A stretch of 63,559 nt of DNA, filler included, from Choristocarpus tenellus KU-1152 (lineage: Eukaryota > Protista > Phaeophyceae), in assembly GCA_964200185.2 (NCBI GenBank). It is 9 parts of 9 records of this genome, joined end to end, with 100 filler letters (N's around TTAATTAATTAA, not from the genome) between each part and the next. Parts side by side here need not be neighbours in the genome. Positions count along the whole stretch, not along the records: positions 1 to 10,929 come from CAXNAD020002619.1; positions 11,030 to 16,033 come from CAXNAD020012203.1; 7 more parts are not named here. One strand, given 5' to 3'. Shown in pieces: positions 1 to 14,923 of the stretch. Positions within the stretch are counted from its first letter, which is position 1, and each line of letters begins with the position of its first letter. A program made the position numbers and the translations under genes. The notes below the pieces were generated by a model that was not told the origin of the DNA, ran no database searches, and saw nothing but the letters and a program-made list of their open reading frames with translations.

Positions 1-3000
1 AGAACAAGTTAGGCGAGATCTCGTTTGGGTTTCTAGCTGTGGAAGTACGTGCCTGCTTGACTTTAAGAAATCTGCTACCTGTTGGACTTGGGTGGAGGGC
101 ACTGCAATCTGATGGAGAAGGGGAGAAAGTGGTTGGGAGTGGATGGCTGAACGCTGGAGAGAGAGCCCATGTGCTTGGAACCAACGCCATGGCACAGCTC
201 CCAAGAATGTCTTTCCAGGTTTGTTTGGGGTTGGAATTGAAAATGATTGAATCAGTCAGGAACCACCCCTGAACGATCGGTTGATTTTCTCTATCTTAAC
301 ACCATTCTCATGGTTTCCATTTTCCCCAACTCTGTTTTTCTCTTGTGTGCCTGCAGCATCATTCCTTTCGTCGCCCCCTCCCATCACATGTCTACCCCGC
401 CATGAAAGTGTGATACATCTATTCTTTTTTTCTAGTCAGTCAAAACACCTCCTCATGCTCACCTCCTCATGCCCAGGTTTTTGTGGTTTTAGCAATTATC
501 TATGTGGCTTTGTAATGGGTAGTTTTACTGAGAACGGGGTTATATTTTTGGCACTCACATGCAGTCCACTGCCATGGTATCATGGCTGCACAACTCAGTT
601 CTCTATCAGTAATTTACAGACAAATCCTGGAACAGGAACAATAATTGGTGCAAAAACTAACAAAGTCATTTAATGATCGCACCATTGATATACAACACAC
701 GAATGGGGTCGTGGACGTGTTGGTGTAGGGGTTGGTGGCAGGAACAATGCTGAGGCAGAACACTAGTGTCAATGGCATTTAAGAAGATGCTAGAGGTATC
801 TGTATTTTGGGGCAATTCCTTGGCATTTTGTGTTTTAATACGAAAGAAGGGTGAGGGTTTGAGTTGCGGTGTACTCTGTTGTTATAATATACTGTCTCAT
901 GGATTAACATAGCACTTGATCTGCTCTATCTTGCACAAATATTACTGTTTTGCAAGGTCAATCCTTACTGGTCAAGCAGGTTCTTTGAAAAACACAGTCA
1001 AGTACTGCCCCTGATCCTTGGAGGCATGCCACATCAACAGTTAGAATTTCACCTGTTTACTATTGTGGTTTTCATGTATGTACTCCTTTTGGCTGTGTAT
1101 GTACCCCAGTTTGATACAGCACACTGCTAAGATACACCCTCTCCCTCTCTCAAACTTGTTTTTTTCACTAGCTCAGCACTCAGGACCACACTCTTTACTC
1201 CGAGTGAAGTAATAAAGTGCATCAACATCTTACAACACGCTCTTCTTTTCAAGTATGAAGGACCTTGCCCAATGTTTGGAATGTTAGCTCTATCTTGATT
1301 TTTATACAACTTATCATTTGATGTCTGTTCACATATCCTAAGACTAACCCAACTTCACATTCCATTACGTAGATTCCTGATTTTGAGTGGACACAGCCAA
1401 GGGTTGTGGGGGATAGCATCAACCATCTCAGGGCCAGAAAAAAGAAAGGAGGGAATGGGAAATTATCCCTAGGACAGCATGTATTTGAAAATAGAGAAGA
1501 CAGTAGATGTCGTCCAGGAGGTGGCAGAGGTGATGGGAGTGGTGCCAGTCCTTCACCTAGGTCAAATCTTGAGATGATTGCATGCAAGAACGGATCTGAC
1601 CAGCTATTCTGCCTGAACGTGGAAGCTACAACAGTGCGGGTAAGGATGGTGATAGGATCTATGTTCTAGTAGCTAATAGAAAAGACTTGAATATGTTTTG
1701 ATGTGTTGATTTCCTTTAGCGTTTGAAACAGGAACACAGCAAATTTGGATATTGGTGGAAGGAAAGTTTATAGATGGTATAGGAGTAAAATGTGATACTG
1801 CTGTAGTCCCTACATCCAACACTCCACCGTTCATACCCCATGCTCGGGGTAACCACTCATATGCAACAGGGAAACAATAAATGGCATGAGGTGCAATAAT
1901 GCAGTGATACAGTTACATAGTATGTGTCAAATGGGTCAATATCTCTGCCTTCTTGAGTTTTTGAGCCTTGATTTTTACCACCTTAGGAGGCCCCCTTTTG
2001 GCAAGAAGGTTCAGACAAATGCAAGGACATCAGTATGCCAGTTACATGATTTTGAATTGGTTAGAACAGTTTTAAATAGCTAACCATATTCTTAGTACTG
2101 TATTCCGCACCCAGTTGTCACAAACCCTCCCCAGTAACACTCCCCGAGTTAATAAACAATGTTACAAAGATAATCAACTATCATCCGATCACTGCTGGTT
2201 TCTAGGAGCACTCAGTATGCTTGACAGCTTTTGCTGGATTCTGGGTGTGCAACACCAGTGGACTACCTCTCACTCTTGGTGAGCCTGTATTGACCACAAT
2301 GGACGCGGCATCTGCTGTAAGGTAATTTGGGGGCATTCATATAGAACTTTCATTAGTTATGTTTGGTATTGTAGTATGGAGTAGTGCTGAATAGGGTGTA
2401 GTTTGAAGAGCATTATAATGGTTGGTTTGGGATTTTCCCGGTTCATCTTATATTGTTATTTTCTTATTGGCTTCTGTAGAGTGGTGGATTTTCCTTCAAT
2501 ATCTGCCAACCAATTTGTCCCCCCACCCTGTTGCATGGGTTTTTCACCATTCCAAAGATGTATGAAGTAGTAGATATCTCATAGTGTTATCCAACTTGCA
2601 GGCATTCTGTGTTCTTCGCAAGTTCTTGAACAGTCCCTCATGGAATCCTCTGCTTCTGTCGTCTGTACATTTGATCAAAGGAATCTTTGGTAAGTTTTGG
2701 GTGTCTTACTGCGAAATTTTCCCTTTGTTGACACCTAACCTTGAGATACATACAAGTTTTGAGGTCATGCTGCCCCCACATATTCCTCCTACCAGCCTTG
2801 TTGATGTCTCACTTATGCCCATTCTTGACCACCAATGCACCGGCCCAACCTGCTTGCAGTCATGACTTCTCCCCATCCTCAGCACTCTCTACGCCTAGCT
2901 TTGATGTAGTACTAGCAGCAGTTCAGGCTTACCCTGTGGTGGAGGAAGTATTTGAGATGCGTATGAGGTCTCCAAACACAACACCTGACCCCAGGAATGG

Positions 3001-6000
3001 TAGAGATCGCTGGGAAGTTCGTTGGTGCTCTGAGCAAGGCAACCCCAGGCTTCCACCTGATAGGGTAATATGTTTGTGGAGCTTGACCTTGACTTTCTTC
3101 TATACCCTTTTTTTGTGCTGAAAATTTCATTATTGTTTTTTGTCTTGACACAGAAAAAGGAAGCTTGGTGCTTTTGACCGCTTGTTATAATGAACATCTC
3201 TCTCTTTGTCTTCCCCTTGCACTACCAGCCCTCCTGCACTATTGTTAACATGTTTCTATTCCCCTCATTTTGACCATGTCTGCCCTTGCCCTTCTAGAAA
3301 GCCACATGGCAATTGTAACATGGAGCAGCCTTTGTTCAGCTGCCTCTCTCATCGTCTCTTTCCGCAACCTTGTCCAAATTGTGTAGCCTACGGTTATCTC
3401 TATGTGGAATTGATTTCCATTTGAATCATGATATTTGTATGAACACCACTGCACCTCCCATCCCAACCCTCTTTCTCGCTTACAAATGTTTACCCAACAA
3501 CAATTTACTCCTAGGTGCGCCTCCCAAGTAAGGATTGGGAGTGGGCTGATGATTGGGGTTTGGACCGTGCTGGGGGGGTTGCCCCAGCAGCTCCTGGCAT
3601 GTTGGGTGGGGGGTGGGAAAGCTGTTCACCTAAGGAAAGAGGTAAGTAAGCCTGCTTGTGCTCCTAGGACAAGTGTTTCTTCACAAGTGGGGCAAGGTTT
3701 GTCATGAGATAGTGTTGATTGTGAGAAGATTGTCTAGATGAAGAAGTTCTGAGATCTACAATTACTTGTGCATACAATGTGGAACCAGATAAAAGGTTGA
3801 CATCCTGCATAATCTCCCCCCTTGCAGCTGCTTCTACGCCCTTCTTGCCACCATGGTGCTGTTGTTGTAGAATATTTTCCTTTTGAGATTGAGAAATCTT
3901 CCACCTTGATTAGTGAAATGTGTAGGAGGTATTTGACTAATTGATTCAGTGTGAGAATTCGTGAACACCATATGAAGGAATTGAGTTAATGGACTGGTCC
4001 GTATTTGTGTGTGAAATCTCCTTCCAAGGTTTCGATATTGTATATGCTGACAAAAAATTAATGGGATAGCTTCAAGCAGGGGGAACTGATCCAGAGAGCA
4101 TTAAAAATTACTTTGATGGCCCGCTGAAGCACAACATACCAGTCTTTCCTCACATCTGAAGCACTAGAAGAAGAAAGAAGATGTTGAGCACACCACTTGC
4201 CCTCTTCACCCCTATCCTCTGCTGAAGCTGTTGAGCAGCTCAAGAGCAATCCCCATATCCGTGTTATATCATCACATTAGCAATCAACCTTTTGTCTTTA
4301 TGTCCTCCGTGTAATGCCCAGGGATATATTCTAGCAAGTTGTTCCCCGTATCCAGATCTTTCAGAGTGTCAGATCCCCTGTGGCGTAGAAGGTGGGTCAG
4401 GAAACGCATTCCTGTGCAGCGCTGTGAGATGGAGGAGGTCAGCAAAAACAAGATTTCTGGCAGTGGGCTTGCCTTGTCACCCACATTTTCTAACATCCAA
4501 TCAAACCCCAAAGGAACAGCAGAGGCTGTGGTAGCGAGTAGCAAGAGTGTAGGATCCAAGGTGGTAGAAGTGGAAGACCTGTTACTCTCTGCAACTGTGA
4601 TGGCACAAGATGTTACATGTGGAAGTGAAAATAGGCAGGAGCTCCAGTCAGCGAAAGGCAGGAATAATGAGCATCAAGAGGGAGCAATGGAAGCAGTTAA
4701 CATGCCGACTGTGGTGGGCTTAGGGGCTGGAAGTGCACGTCAGGATGGAGTTGGAACTGATGCTACAGTGTCAATGATGTATCAGCCTGCATCGACAATG
4801 CTGGCAGAAGATAACAGTCATCAGCTGTGCCTTTGTGTTAGGGTGGAAGATTCCGCTTGGTCCAGGCCACTCAACATGAGCATACAGGGATCTGGGGGAC
4901 CATTTCAGGTGAGGTGTATGCTTCTAACACGTATGTCTTCAACTTAAATGGGGTTCAAATCCCTTAATTTCACTTGGACTGACGCATTATAGATCTCAAC
5001 CCTGGGTGTACAATTTTTCCTATTGTTTTGTGAAATTATTCTCAAGTGATTGAAGCACCTTACATACACATGGCGCTGTTGTTCCTACCAGGTGGTTGGG
5101 GGTCGTTGGCCAGGCCTGAAGCCTCCTTCCTCCCCATTTTCTCCGAAGGGTAACAAGGGTGGGATTATGGGTGGAGATTTTATGAAAGGAAGCATGAAAA
5201 TTCAGTCATTTATTGGGTCAAGTTATCGAAGCAGTGGGCATCACAACTCCAGGACAGATGAAACTGGAAGAGTCGATCCCAGGGGGAGAGTGGGTTTATA
5301 TGAGCTCGCGTATGATGTGAAGGTGGCCACTGCTCCTTGGAACCGCACAAGAGTCATCACCATCACTTCAAGGTATAACATTGCAAGGGAGCACAATCCA
5401 CCGCGTGTACTCTGGAGCTCATGTGTGTGTGTGTCGTTGTCTGATCAGTTAATTTTGACTTTCATACGTGGTACACAGCACTGCATAGGATTGTACCTGT
5501 GAAGTAGACAGCTCTATATCCAAGTTTTTGGAACCTTACCCAGTGACTAACTGTGACCATGCATCACATAGTATAGTTATATCCCAGATCTAGACCCTGA
5601 AGTACTACCTTTGCGTAGAACCTGTTCCTGAAAATTGTTCTTGTGCAACCCATTCCACTTTTTTCGTAGGTACACTGTAATGAATAGGTGTGAGTGCCCC
5701 CTTGTCGTGAGGCAGTTTGGAAGCAATATACACATGGAGCTACCACCAGGTGCTTCCCTCCCACTCCATTGGTCGGATACAAGGTGGGTGCCATTTCATG
5801 GGCAAGGGGAGAGGGCATGATACCTTGTGCTTAACTGAGCTGTGCTTGAATGTAGGATGAGTACTTTTGTGTCCTCGATAGTATGTACAATAGGCCACAT
5901 TCCAGTTTTTCATGCCAGTCCCTTGTTTACCTTTGTTGTTACTTGTTTTGGTTGAGGGAATCCATCATAATATGCAATAAACAGTATGCTACTGATTTTG

Positions 6001-9000
6001 TATCAGACTTGCTCATGTAATTGAGATATCTATGGAGTTGACACTTGTCCTTGGTTCTGATGTTTTTGCCAGCACGATTTGACTACAGTTGGGGGGAGAG
6101 AACCTTGTGCAGCTTTCACCCACTACGTTATGCCAAAATGCCACACCAACTCTAAACTGGAGTTCTTCCAATGTACAACAGACTGGAGCCATTGTTGTCC
6201 ATCACCATCCCTGATGCCATGCACACATACGAGAGTGGAGAAGGGAATGCTGTCGAGGGAATGGAGTGGAGTGGACCTGTGGGTCTCGCCAACATTGGAA
6301 CTTTTCCAATATGTATCAGACCAAAACCTGGCAGGGCTACCCCTGGTACGATCCCCATGTCAATAGTGTTTTATGTTGTTGTCCTACCATATGGCCCTAT
6401 TGGTATTCTTTTTCCAACAATCGAGAATATCAATATTCCATGGCGGTGACTGAAAATCGTCACTATAGATCTGCTCTGAGTACCAGAAAGCGTAAGGATT
6501 GACACCATGCTTTCATGTTTGATGAACGGCAGTACCGTGTTTGGGTGTTTTGTTCTTTTCTTGTGAAGATCAATGTTTTCTCACCAAACTCAATTCAGCT
6601 AACTTTGTTGAGGATGAAGTTATCATCTTCTTTGGTGGTATATTATTAGTGGTTCTTGTGTAATACCCATATTTATTTACGGCATGAGTTCTGACTTTGA
6701 TCTGTTCGAGTCTCTCTGGGCATGAAGCATGTAGGGCATGGATACATTCCAACACCAACTTCCTCTAGACCACTTGGATGTAATAGAGGACTCAATAGGT
6801 ACTAAACAATATTGGAGGGCCATGATAGCAACCAAGAACATGTGGTGGCTCTCCATATATTTTCGATCCCGATGTCAATAAATTGAAGGCTAGGCTCATG
6901 ATGATGCTGTCAAACTTTACCTTGCTGGACGGAGTCTACAATATCTGTACCGCTGCATCTGAGGGCTCAAGTCTCCAGTCAAAGACCAATGTGTAGTCAA
7001 GTATTGCTAAATTTAATCCAACGTCCTATAGCATCAGCATCTTCCCAAATATACATTTTTTTCCCCTCATGTCCGTTGAATGCTGACCCATGAATGCCTT
7101 TTTTCTCTGTTAAAAATTGCCTTACATGTATGTCGTTATGGAGGGGATAAAATTTCTGCCCACCACCAAGATGTGCAAAGAAAGCTATCTCAGCACTTTG
7201 GCTTTTCCTAGGTCATTTTGTCTGACTCCATTGTTGAATGTATATGTGTATGTATATGTAGGTATATATATGCAATTGGAGCAGTGCTTTACCAGATTTA
7301 GAGTTTTCTTTGAGCTGGTACGCTTCGGCTGTACTAAATACTCCAATGTATGCAATATTTGTTCTTGTTCTTGTGGCCAATTTGGAGTTAGCGTTTGCTT
7401 AATTTTCTATTTTGCTTGATTTCTGGTTTGCTGATATGGCACCTCATGGGCAACTATTGCTTCCCAGGAGGTCAGCAGGGCGCTCTCGTTGAACTGGTGG
7501 GCTCTAACCGGATCATTGGGGTGGAGGTGAACATTGGACGAAGAGGGTCAGCTACAACCGAGGGTGGAAGGGGCTCCTCGGCAGTCGAGGTTTATGAAGC
7601 TTTCCCAAACCCTGTAGTAAGATTATCTTAGTGATTATCTTGTATACATGCACACATCACCACTATGCTCCCAATTTTCCTTACCATAATATTTAGGCTT
7701 GCAAGTAGAGGTATGTTTAGTACAGTATCATATCAGGATAAACACTTATGAGCTGCTCAGAGCTAAGTGCTCTGGCAGCTGACATCTTGGTGTAGTGGAT
7801 GGGTCAACCATTATCAGTTTCTCTCAAGTGATCTCTTCTCAATTATTTTCCAGGCAACACCTCATCGCTTCTTTGTGGTGACTCTGCCACAGGTTATATT
7901 TGAGGAGGAAACATGGCGCATGGGAGACCGCTTCCCAACATACCGCCTGGAGAACCAGTCTTCCTCAATCGTGTTCTATGGGCAGGTGAGGATGCTTGGG
8001 TTCTGATAGGGTCAAGACCTGCAAGTATTTTTTGTACTGTGCTGTTCAATGTTTGGTCAATCTCCAAAATGTTTTAAAGAGCTTGAGATATTCATGTTTT
8101 TAAAGTATGACAAGGGCAAAGGTGAGAGTATCCTCAGTTTGATACCTGAACCAGGAACAGGGACAGCTCTGCTTGGTAGATTAGCAACCATCAGTAAAAT
8201 GTTCTGATGGGCCTTGAAAAAGACAGAAATTGTCTTACTGAAATGATCTAGTGTATGGGTTTAACAATTTATTTTTGTGGCCTCGAGGAGAATAAGAACA
8301 AAGAAGTTTGCAAGAGCAAGGTCTTACTCTGAACAATGTATGGAGCATTCATAATGGAGCAATGTCAGTTTCTTGCTTGTTTGGGGTCTCATGGTATATG
8401 TGCTTTTTGTTTTAGCACACGAGGAAAAATTTTGTTGACCCTTTGAAACTTTACAGTAAAAACATTCGTATACAGCAAGGTATCAAGGAGTGCACCAGAG
8501 AGACCTGTCTGTAAGCATCATTTAGCTTACATTTTACACACTACCTTACACTCCAACCATCACTATAGGTATCAATACCAGGGCCGGGAGATTCTCTGCC
8601 CCCAAACAAATCATGCCTCTTTGGTTGGGACCAGCCCAACCCTACTGATGAACGAATTCTGCGCCTCAACTTATCATCTGAGCCACTCAGTTCCATTGAT
8701 GGAAAACGCCTCTGCAAGTCTATTGACATACGCCAACTCGGCGAACGGGTGCAGATGGGAACAGCACATGGACGGTAAGGAAGAATTTTGTCTAGCAGAT
8801 TTGCAGTAGGGAAAGTAGTGGCTGAGTTGTATGGTGGTGAGAAGCATCTAATTATGTCTAGGTCATTTATCATGTTCTGATTTTGTATGGAGAGGGGTTG
8901 AAGCCGGACTAGAATTGTGGGAGGTCACGGTTTGGTGATATTTCATCGTGGCTGCAGGCCACATCTTGTGGAAAGAGTAGTATATGCCGCTATATGCCGC

Positions 9001-10729
9001 CCCTGGATCATTTGCTGCTGATATAGCGAGGCTGTTCAATGAGAAAAGTGTGTATTTTTCCCTAAGGTCGTATCCCTTCCATTGGTTCACCAAAAAAAAA
9101 TAACTCTGGGCAGTTGGAGACTTTTTGGATTTGACCCCCATCACCTTGTGGCCTCTGCCGCACAGGGCCAAACTCCCTCTAGACCATGACCCTATAGCAT
9201 GTCCTAGGTATGTCGTGTATTTTGTTCTGTGAAGACTATCTGAATTCCAAGGATTTTTTTTATCGTGTGACAATTTTTATGCACTCTTCTGACTACTCAA
9301 CTCGAAAGCATATACTTCCAATACTAAACCCACTCTTTGCCCTGTCTCATCTGTGCTCATTTGTCAGTGTGGAAGTTGTAGTGGAGGCAGATGGGCCATC
9401 AAAAGTAGTCCGAATCTACCAGAGTCAAGCGCCACACCTACTCCGTGCACTCACGATGTTCAGGACAGGCCACATCAAACGCCACTCCACTCTACCAGAT
9501 GAGCTTAAGAGGTGTGTCTTATTACTGTGGTAGGACAAGAACCCTTTCAATGTTGACTGTAATGTGACTAGGGATAGAACTGATTCTCCACAGTTTGTAT
9601 TTCTTTGAATTTGAGAGTGGTGCCATTTTATTGATCTTGTGACTATGCCGAGGCTTACGTAGGCACCTGTTGTACATGTTTTACCAAGATTTTAAGTTAG
9701 TGAACTGCTGTTTCAAAAAAAACATTTTTCATCTTCTGGAAGAATTTTGACAGAAGTATTTTTATTGTGGACATGTCGTGCTTCAGCACTTGCATTGGGC
9801 GGCACCCTGCATGGGTCCAAACAGACAATTGTTTTTTACATCAAGTGTTTCATAGTATATCAGTACTCCTATCATCATCAAGAATTCAGGGAATAGATGT
9901 CCTGATTTGTGGTATGGAGTACACATTGATCACTGTGCCTTGACCCTTACAAAGAAGGGCAACCAACCTGATACAACTCTATAATATGATGATGCAGCAA
10001 AGCGTACTTCAGCATTGGGGAAGAAGCTGGGATTGTGTGTAAAAACAATCTCACATGACCTTACCCCACCTAACCCCACCTCACATGTGGAGTATCTTAT
10101 GCATGAGCCTCACCTGGGAGTGACACTCACCCTCTATCTCCATCAGAGTTGGGGTTCCCTGTAGCATGTTTCCCTTTTCCAAGAATCTCCCCCTTACCTG
10201 CTGCAATCCCTCCCCATCCTGTCAACTATTTTTTTCTGTGTTCCTGTGGTGATCTCATTGACCTCCACCTGTGTGCTCATTACTCATTGTGCAGTGAAAG
10301 CCCTTCTGCAACTTCCATTGTCACCCATGGGGAAGGAGAAGTGACAAATGCATGGGAGGGTCGTAAGGGGAGAGAAAGGGTGCACTCATTTGATGAATCG
10401 AGTTCAAACCAATCCCAGAAAGGGTTGCTGACCCACACAGCATCACATAGTGATGTCTTGGCTGGTACGTCAACAGGTTATAGATCCCATCCAGGTCGCA
10501 CAAGCCAAGATGGGGAGGTAGGGGCTGGGACCAGTACAGAAGGTGGAAAAGACCTCTCTGAATTTGTTGTGAAGTGCCGTGCATTGCGTATATCCATCAT
10601 GGATGGCGACTTTGGTGAGATGGTTCTGGGTTCACTTGAGGATCTGGCCATTTGCATTGCAGCAACACCACTGGAACTTGAGGTTGAGGCATCACTCAGG
10701 AGTCTGCAAATCGACAATCACATGCCAGG
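1..10729 (+). CDS. VPS13: VPS13-family bridge-like lipid transfer protein, partial (VAB repeats into C-terminal region, with inserted DysF domain); 14 exons
   Basis: Phase-consistent GT-AG exons about 1-218, 1373-1639, 2206-2321, 2899-3064, 3515-3641, 4322-4908, 5092-5372, 5670-5783, 6182-6345, 7468-7589, 7893-7985, 8569-8774, 9368-9511, 10295-10729. Motifs: LTLRNLLP, FWVCNTSGLPL, RTRVITITSRYTVMN, YRLENQS, FGWDQP, ADGPSKVVRI (VAB repeats) and LRSLQIDNH (C-terminal VPS13 motif). Truncated by contig ends. Confidence 0.88.
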
Positions 10730-10758
10730 GTACGGCCATTATTATTTTTTTTAATGTT

Positions 10759-10929
10759 GAGTGAAAGTATCTTAGAGGGTACGTGTTTAGCCCTGTTTGT
10801 CCATTTAGGGCATGGCTTTCCACGGGTTTTTAATGACATTTCACCTTCTCCAAAATGTTTTGGAGTATGTAAAATGTGTATGTTATGAAAAGGTGTGTCT
10901 AGAACAAGGAGATTGACATCTCCTAACAA
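10759..10929. mobile_element. MITE family 1 copy A, truncated by contig end
   Basis: Begins GAGTGAAAGTATCTTAGAGGGT and matches the other ~260-bp copies. Confidence 0.85.
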
Positions 10930-11029
10930 NNNNNNNNNNNNNNNNNNNNNNNNNNNNNNNNNNNNNNNNNNNNTTAATTAATTAANNNNNNNNNNNNNNN
11001 NNNNNNNNNNNNNNNNNNNNNNNNNNNNN
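10930..11029. other. Artificial contig linker
   Basis: N44-TTAATTAATTAA-N44, stop codons in all frames. Confidence 0.99.
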
Positions 11030-12915
11030 TTTCTTACCTCTCTTCTTCTCTCTTTTTTTTTTCTTTTTCTAACTCAACTGCAGGGAGGGCCCCCCCCCCC
11101 CCCCCCCCCCCCCCCAACTTCCAGACTTGCTAATTCTGACATCTTCAGGCTGTTACTACTACTACATATTCCATTAATGCCTCCACGCAGTCCTCCACTG
11201 TAGTTACATTTCTTGTAATGAGGAGACACTGTTAATAACTATTGTCCATACAAACATGCTTGCTTCTTTACACAACCATCTGATAGTTCTTGCACGCTTT
11301 TTAAAAAAATTGCAAAAACACACCCAGACATATTTTTTTTCTGAACTATAGGTATGATAATTTCTATAATATAGATCATGAAAACTGCTCAATTGTACAG
11401 TTTTCACCAACCACACTACCGTTAACATGCTGTAAAAAAAACATCACACCACGTAGTTTTTAAGATTTATTTTTTGTTTTTCTTCCTATTATTTGTTTCG
11501 CATACACCGCACCCATGCATACAATCGTTGTCATTTTTCTATTTTTTTTGTTTTGTACCAATAATTATTGTGGTTTCCAGTATGGGAACAGATGAACCTG
11601 TGTTATTGAACACTTATGTTTAGTACTATAGGTATACCGATAGACAGCCTTACGTTCTGAACTGTTACTATTAACACTACTATTTTTTTATGTTATTATT
11701 ATTAATTACTATTGGAAGGCAATGAGTGCGTCCCTCACCCGCCCCCCAAAGCAATTCCCTACCCCCATTATGTGTATGTATGTGTACTTTGAATTAGGTA
11801 TGGATCTATTTGTCTCTGGGGTGCTGTGGGTTTTGGTCTAGGCACCTTGGAAGGTGGAGCAGTTGCAGACGCCCATGGTGAATACGGTGGTGTTCTGCTG
11901 GTCTTTGTGGGTCTAGTGAATGTGACCTATGTGTCAGCATGGGTTATCCCACAGCACAGTATGAAGTATAGCCTAGACCAGGGCCAGAAAAGCTGTGACC
12001 AGAATGAGACCAAGATATGAGGGGTGGGTATTTCTGTGGGACGTCATTGTTATTATTGTTTTTATCATCACCTTTTTGTTATTGCAAGATATTTCTCTGT
12101 TGCAGCTCTAGATATTTTTATATTTATTTATTTATTTCCTTCAAAGTGCGGTATGTAATGTGTAGAGTACTTGGAGTATCACTGGTCGATGCGTTTATTT
12201 TTTGATGCTTTCTCCTGATGACTGTACAATAAAAATATATCTATTTTTTTCGTACTGTTTTGTGTTGCAGTGTGACAGTACCATGTGATACATTCACTTG
12301 TCGTATGCCCATGTGGGACATCTATGTCCATAAAACTATTTTTTATTTTGAAGCATCCTGTTGCAATGTAGTAACTGGCACTGTGCAGGTGGGCAATAGT
12401 GAGCTCCAAAAACTACAGTTATGCTTGGCCCTATGTTAGAACTGCATCTTTCCCATCCTCAGTGCTGACTGGTGACCCATTATTATCAACTACTCTTTCT
12501 AACATTGTACTCTAGAGTATTTATTATCAAGGACAAGATTTACTTTTTTAACTTGTTTATACCTCACCGGTACTAGTGTTATTACTATTGCTGCTATTTT
12601 CCTCATTACGTGTTTTCATTGATATTCCAATCTAGTTGAATCTGTGATCCAAAACAAGTTTTGTTTTATTTTTATTTCTGGGCTACCCATTGAGACATTC
12701 TAGTAAATTTCCTGCCTTCCCTTAGCTCAGAATTTGGCAATTGGTGGGGGCGGTATGACATGCGTTTAACCCCAGATGGTGCAATAACTTCCTCATGCAT
12801 ACCACCAATACATTTCTATCTTCTTCACATTGCCGATTAATCAGAAAAGATAAAAGATGAAAAAAAAATGGACAAAATACAAATTGAGGAAATGAAACAC
12901 AATCTTTGTAAGTCT

Positions 12916-13138
12916 AGACAAAAGTGTTTTGTAGCATCACTCCAGGCCGGCCCACGACCTGGCCATCTTGAAAACTGCTTATTGACGGATGTCGGCTGGT
13001 CCTTGTTAGGACACGTTGGTACCAGTTCTTACCGTTTCTTTGCATGTGCTGACTATGTTGAAACAGTTGACGGCCATGAACCAGCCCTGTCAATAAACAT
13101 TTTACGCCATGACTAATTCAGCAAGATACTTTCGACCC
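12916..13138. mobile_element. Degenerate MITE of a further subfamily sharing the AAAGTATCT terminus
   Basis: Right end CAGCAAGATACTTTCGACCC; left end AAAGTGTTTTGTAGCATCACTCCAGGCC is an imperfect inverted copy; internal inverted pair TTATTGAC..GCTGGT / ACCAGC..GTCAATAA. Confidence 0.5.
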
Positions 13139-13789
13139 ACCAACTGAATCAGTCGGAGGACCTCGGGCTGAGTGACCCACTATGAATAACCTACTTCTAA
13201 CAATACTACTTACTTTACATTTATGCTACTGTGGCGGTAACCCTAAGCCTAACTCCATGTCTGTCACACAATACAAAATAGTACAGTGCAGTATACCCGT
13301 ATACAAATACCGTTGATGATCTACATTCTTGTAATAATTTTTTGTTGTATGTGTAAAGTGTTTGCATAGGGACATGTGTTGTAATACAGTACACAATCGA
13401 TGTTGCTATTAGTATACATGAACGAACAAATGTATTTGAAGTAATATAGTGTAACTAGAATGATTCATGAGTGATGGAAAGGCGTATTAGAATATTGTGA
13501 TGTTCGAGTAATGGTCTAGGAAATGTTTTATTTAATATCTTCTAAGATTGTTTGCTAGGATGATTATTGAGGGGAGGACAACACCTCCCCATGTGGGTAG
13601 GACTCACTCTTTGCTGTAACTCAATAAAGCACATTCTACACCATCATCTTCTTGGTGAGGCAGCATACTCTTTGGTAGCGTGGAAATACATTTTAAAATG
13701 AGTTATCTTCCATATAGTGCACTACAGACCAAAAAGGTACTGCGTGAACTTCTTGATTCAAGGAGGCAGCAGAAGGAAGAGTCGGGGAC

Positions 13790-14560
13790 ATCATGACTTC
13801 AGGGGGTGAACGAAACATGTTGGCAGAAATCTAGGCAGCTGTTGAATCAAGAGTAGCAGAGAGGGATGAGGCGCAGCTAGGGGAGCGTGTGGCCTTGGCT
13901 GTGGCTAGGGCTGTGGAAGCTGCATTGACCCCGGAAGGAGGGCAAGCTGCGGTAGGGCGGCCAGAACAACAGGAGCAGCAGGTGCAATCAAAACCCCTGC
14001 AGAGGAACAGGGATCTGACGAACAGATTGAAGGTGCCTGTGTGAAATGGTGAGACCAAAGAGTGGATTGCATGGAAAACTCTTTTTCGCATGTTTATAGC
14101 GACGACCAGGACATTGCATGTGTTGAGTGGGGAGCCGGACCATCTGTAGGAAGGAGCAGATTGGGGGAGTGCAGATGATTGGGATATCTGCAGCAGGGGA
14201 AGGATGGCCCTTCTCAATGGTTGTAAGTGAATGGTGCTGGAGATCATGATGGAGGACGAGGGCCCAAGAACCTTCGTGGACCTTAGATGAGAGACTTGGG
14301 GTTCATGAGGAGTTCTGGTCCATCAGGCTTGGACCTGGGGAGGAACCACAACTGTCTATCTTGAAGGCCAGCTGACTGGGTAAGAGGCTGACTTCATTGG
14401 GGTAAATGGTCAGTGATGAGGAACTGAATGTAACCATTTGGGGAGGATAACCAGAAAAGTATGAGCTGGAACCTCAAACGTTGCTCATGAGGGCAATGAC
14501 TCTCACAAGGACGGAGTTGGAAGAGGGGCTCGCAAATAGTTTTCTCCAATTGAAAGACAA
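13790..14560 (+). mobile_element. Ty1/copia-type gag relic (stops and frameshifts)
   Basis: Frame from 13817 reads LKVPV*NGETKEWIAWKTLFRMFI; a shifted frame reads FWSIRLGPGEEP...LG*MVSDEEL, typical of copia gag/UBN2. AATAAA near 13623 may belong to a decayed 5' LTR. Confidence 0.6.
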
Positions 14561-14923
14561 GATAGCTGTCCGTCATGCTTGGAGGAGGGGAGGGGGGGTC
14601 TCTCTTAGCACGTGATTTTTATATGTTGTAGCTCAATTTCAAGCTGTAAGATGGTAAGTACCTTGCTGAGCCCTGTGCTCACAGAGTTTTAGATTGCACT
14701 GAGGGCTAACCTGCTGGAGAGAGCCCACACAACACAGCATGATGTCAAAAAAACAAAAAACGGTAGAGTTTGATTTTGGGAGGAGGTGTTGTGTTTCGGG
14801 AAAAAAAGTGAATCAAGTCCTGAAAATGCGTGCTATGGGGTTAATTTGTTGGAATTTGTATGTGTTGTGTGTCACAAGTTGGAAGGAAATTTAAGTTGTT
14901 TGCAATGTCATGCCCGCATTCCC

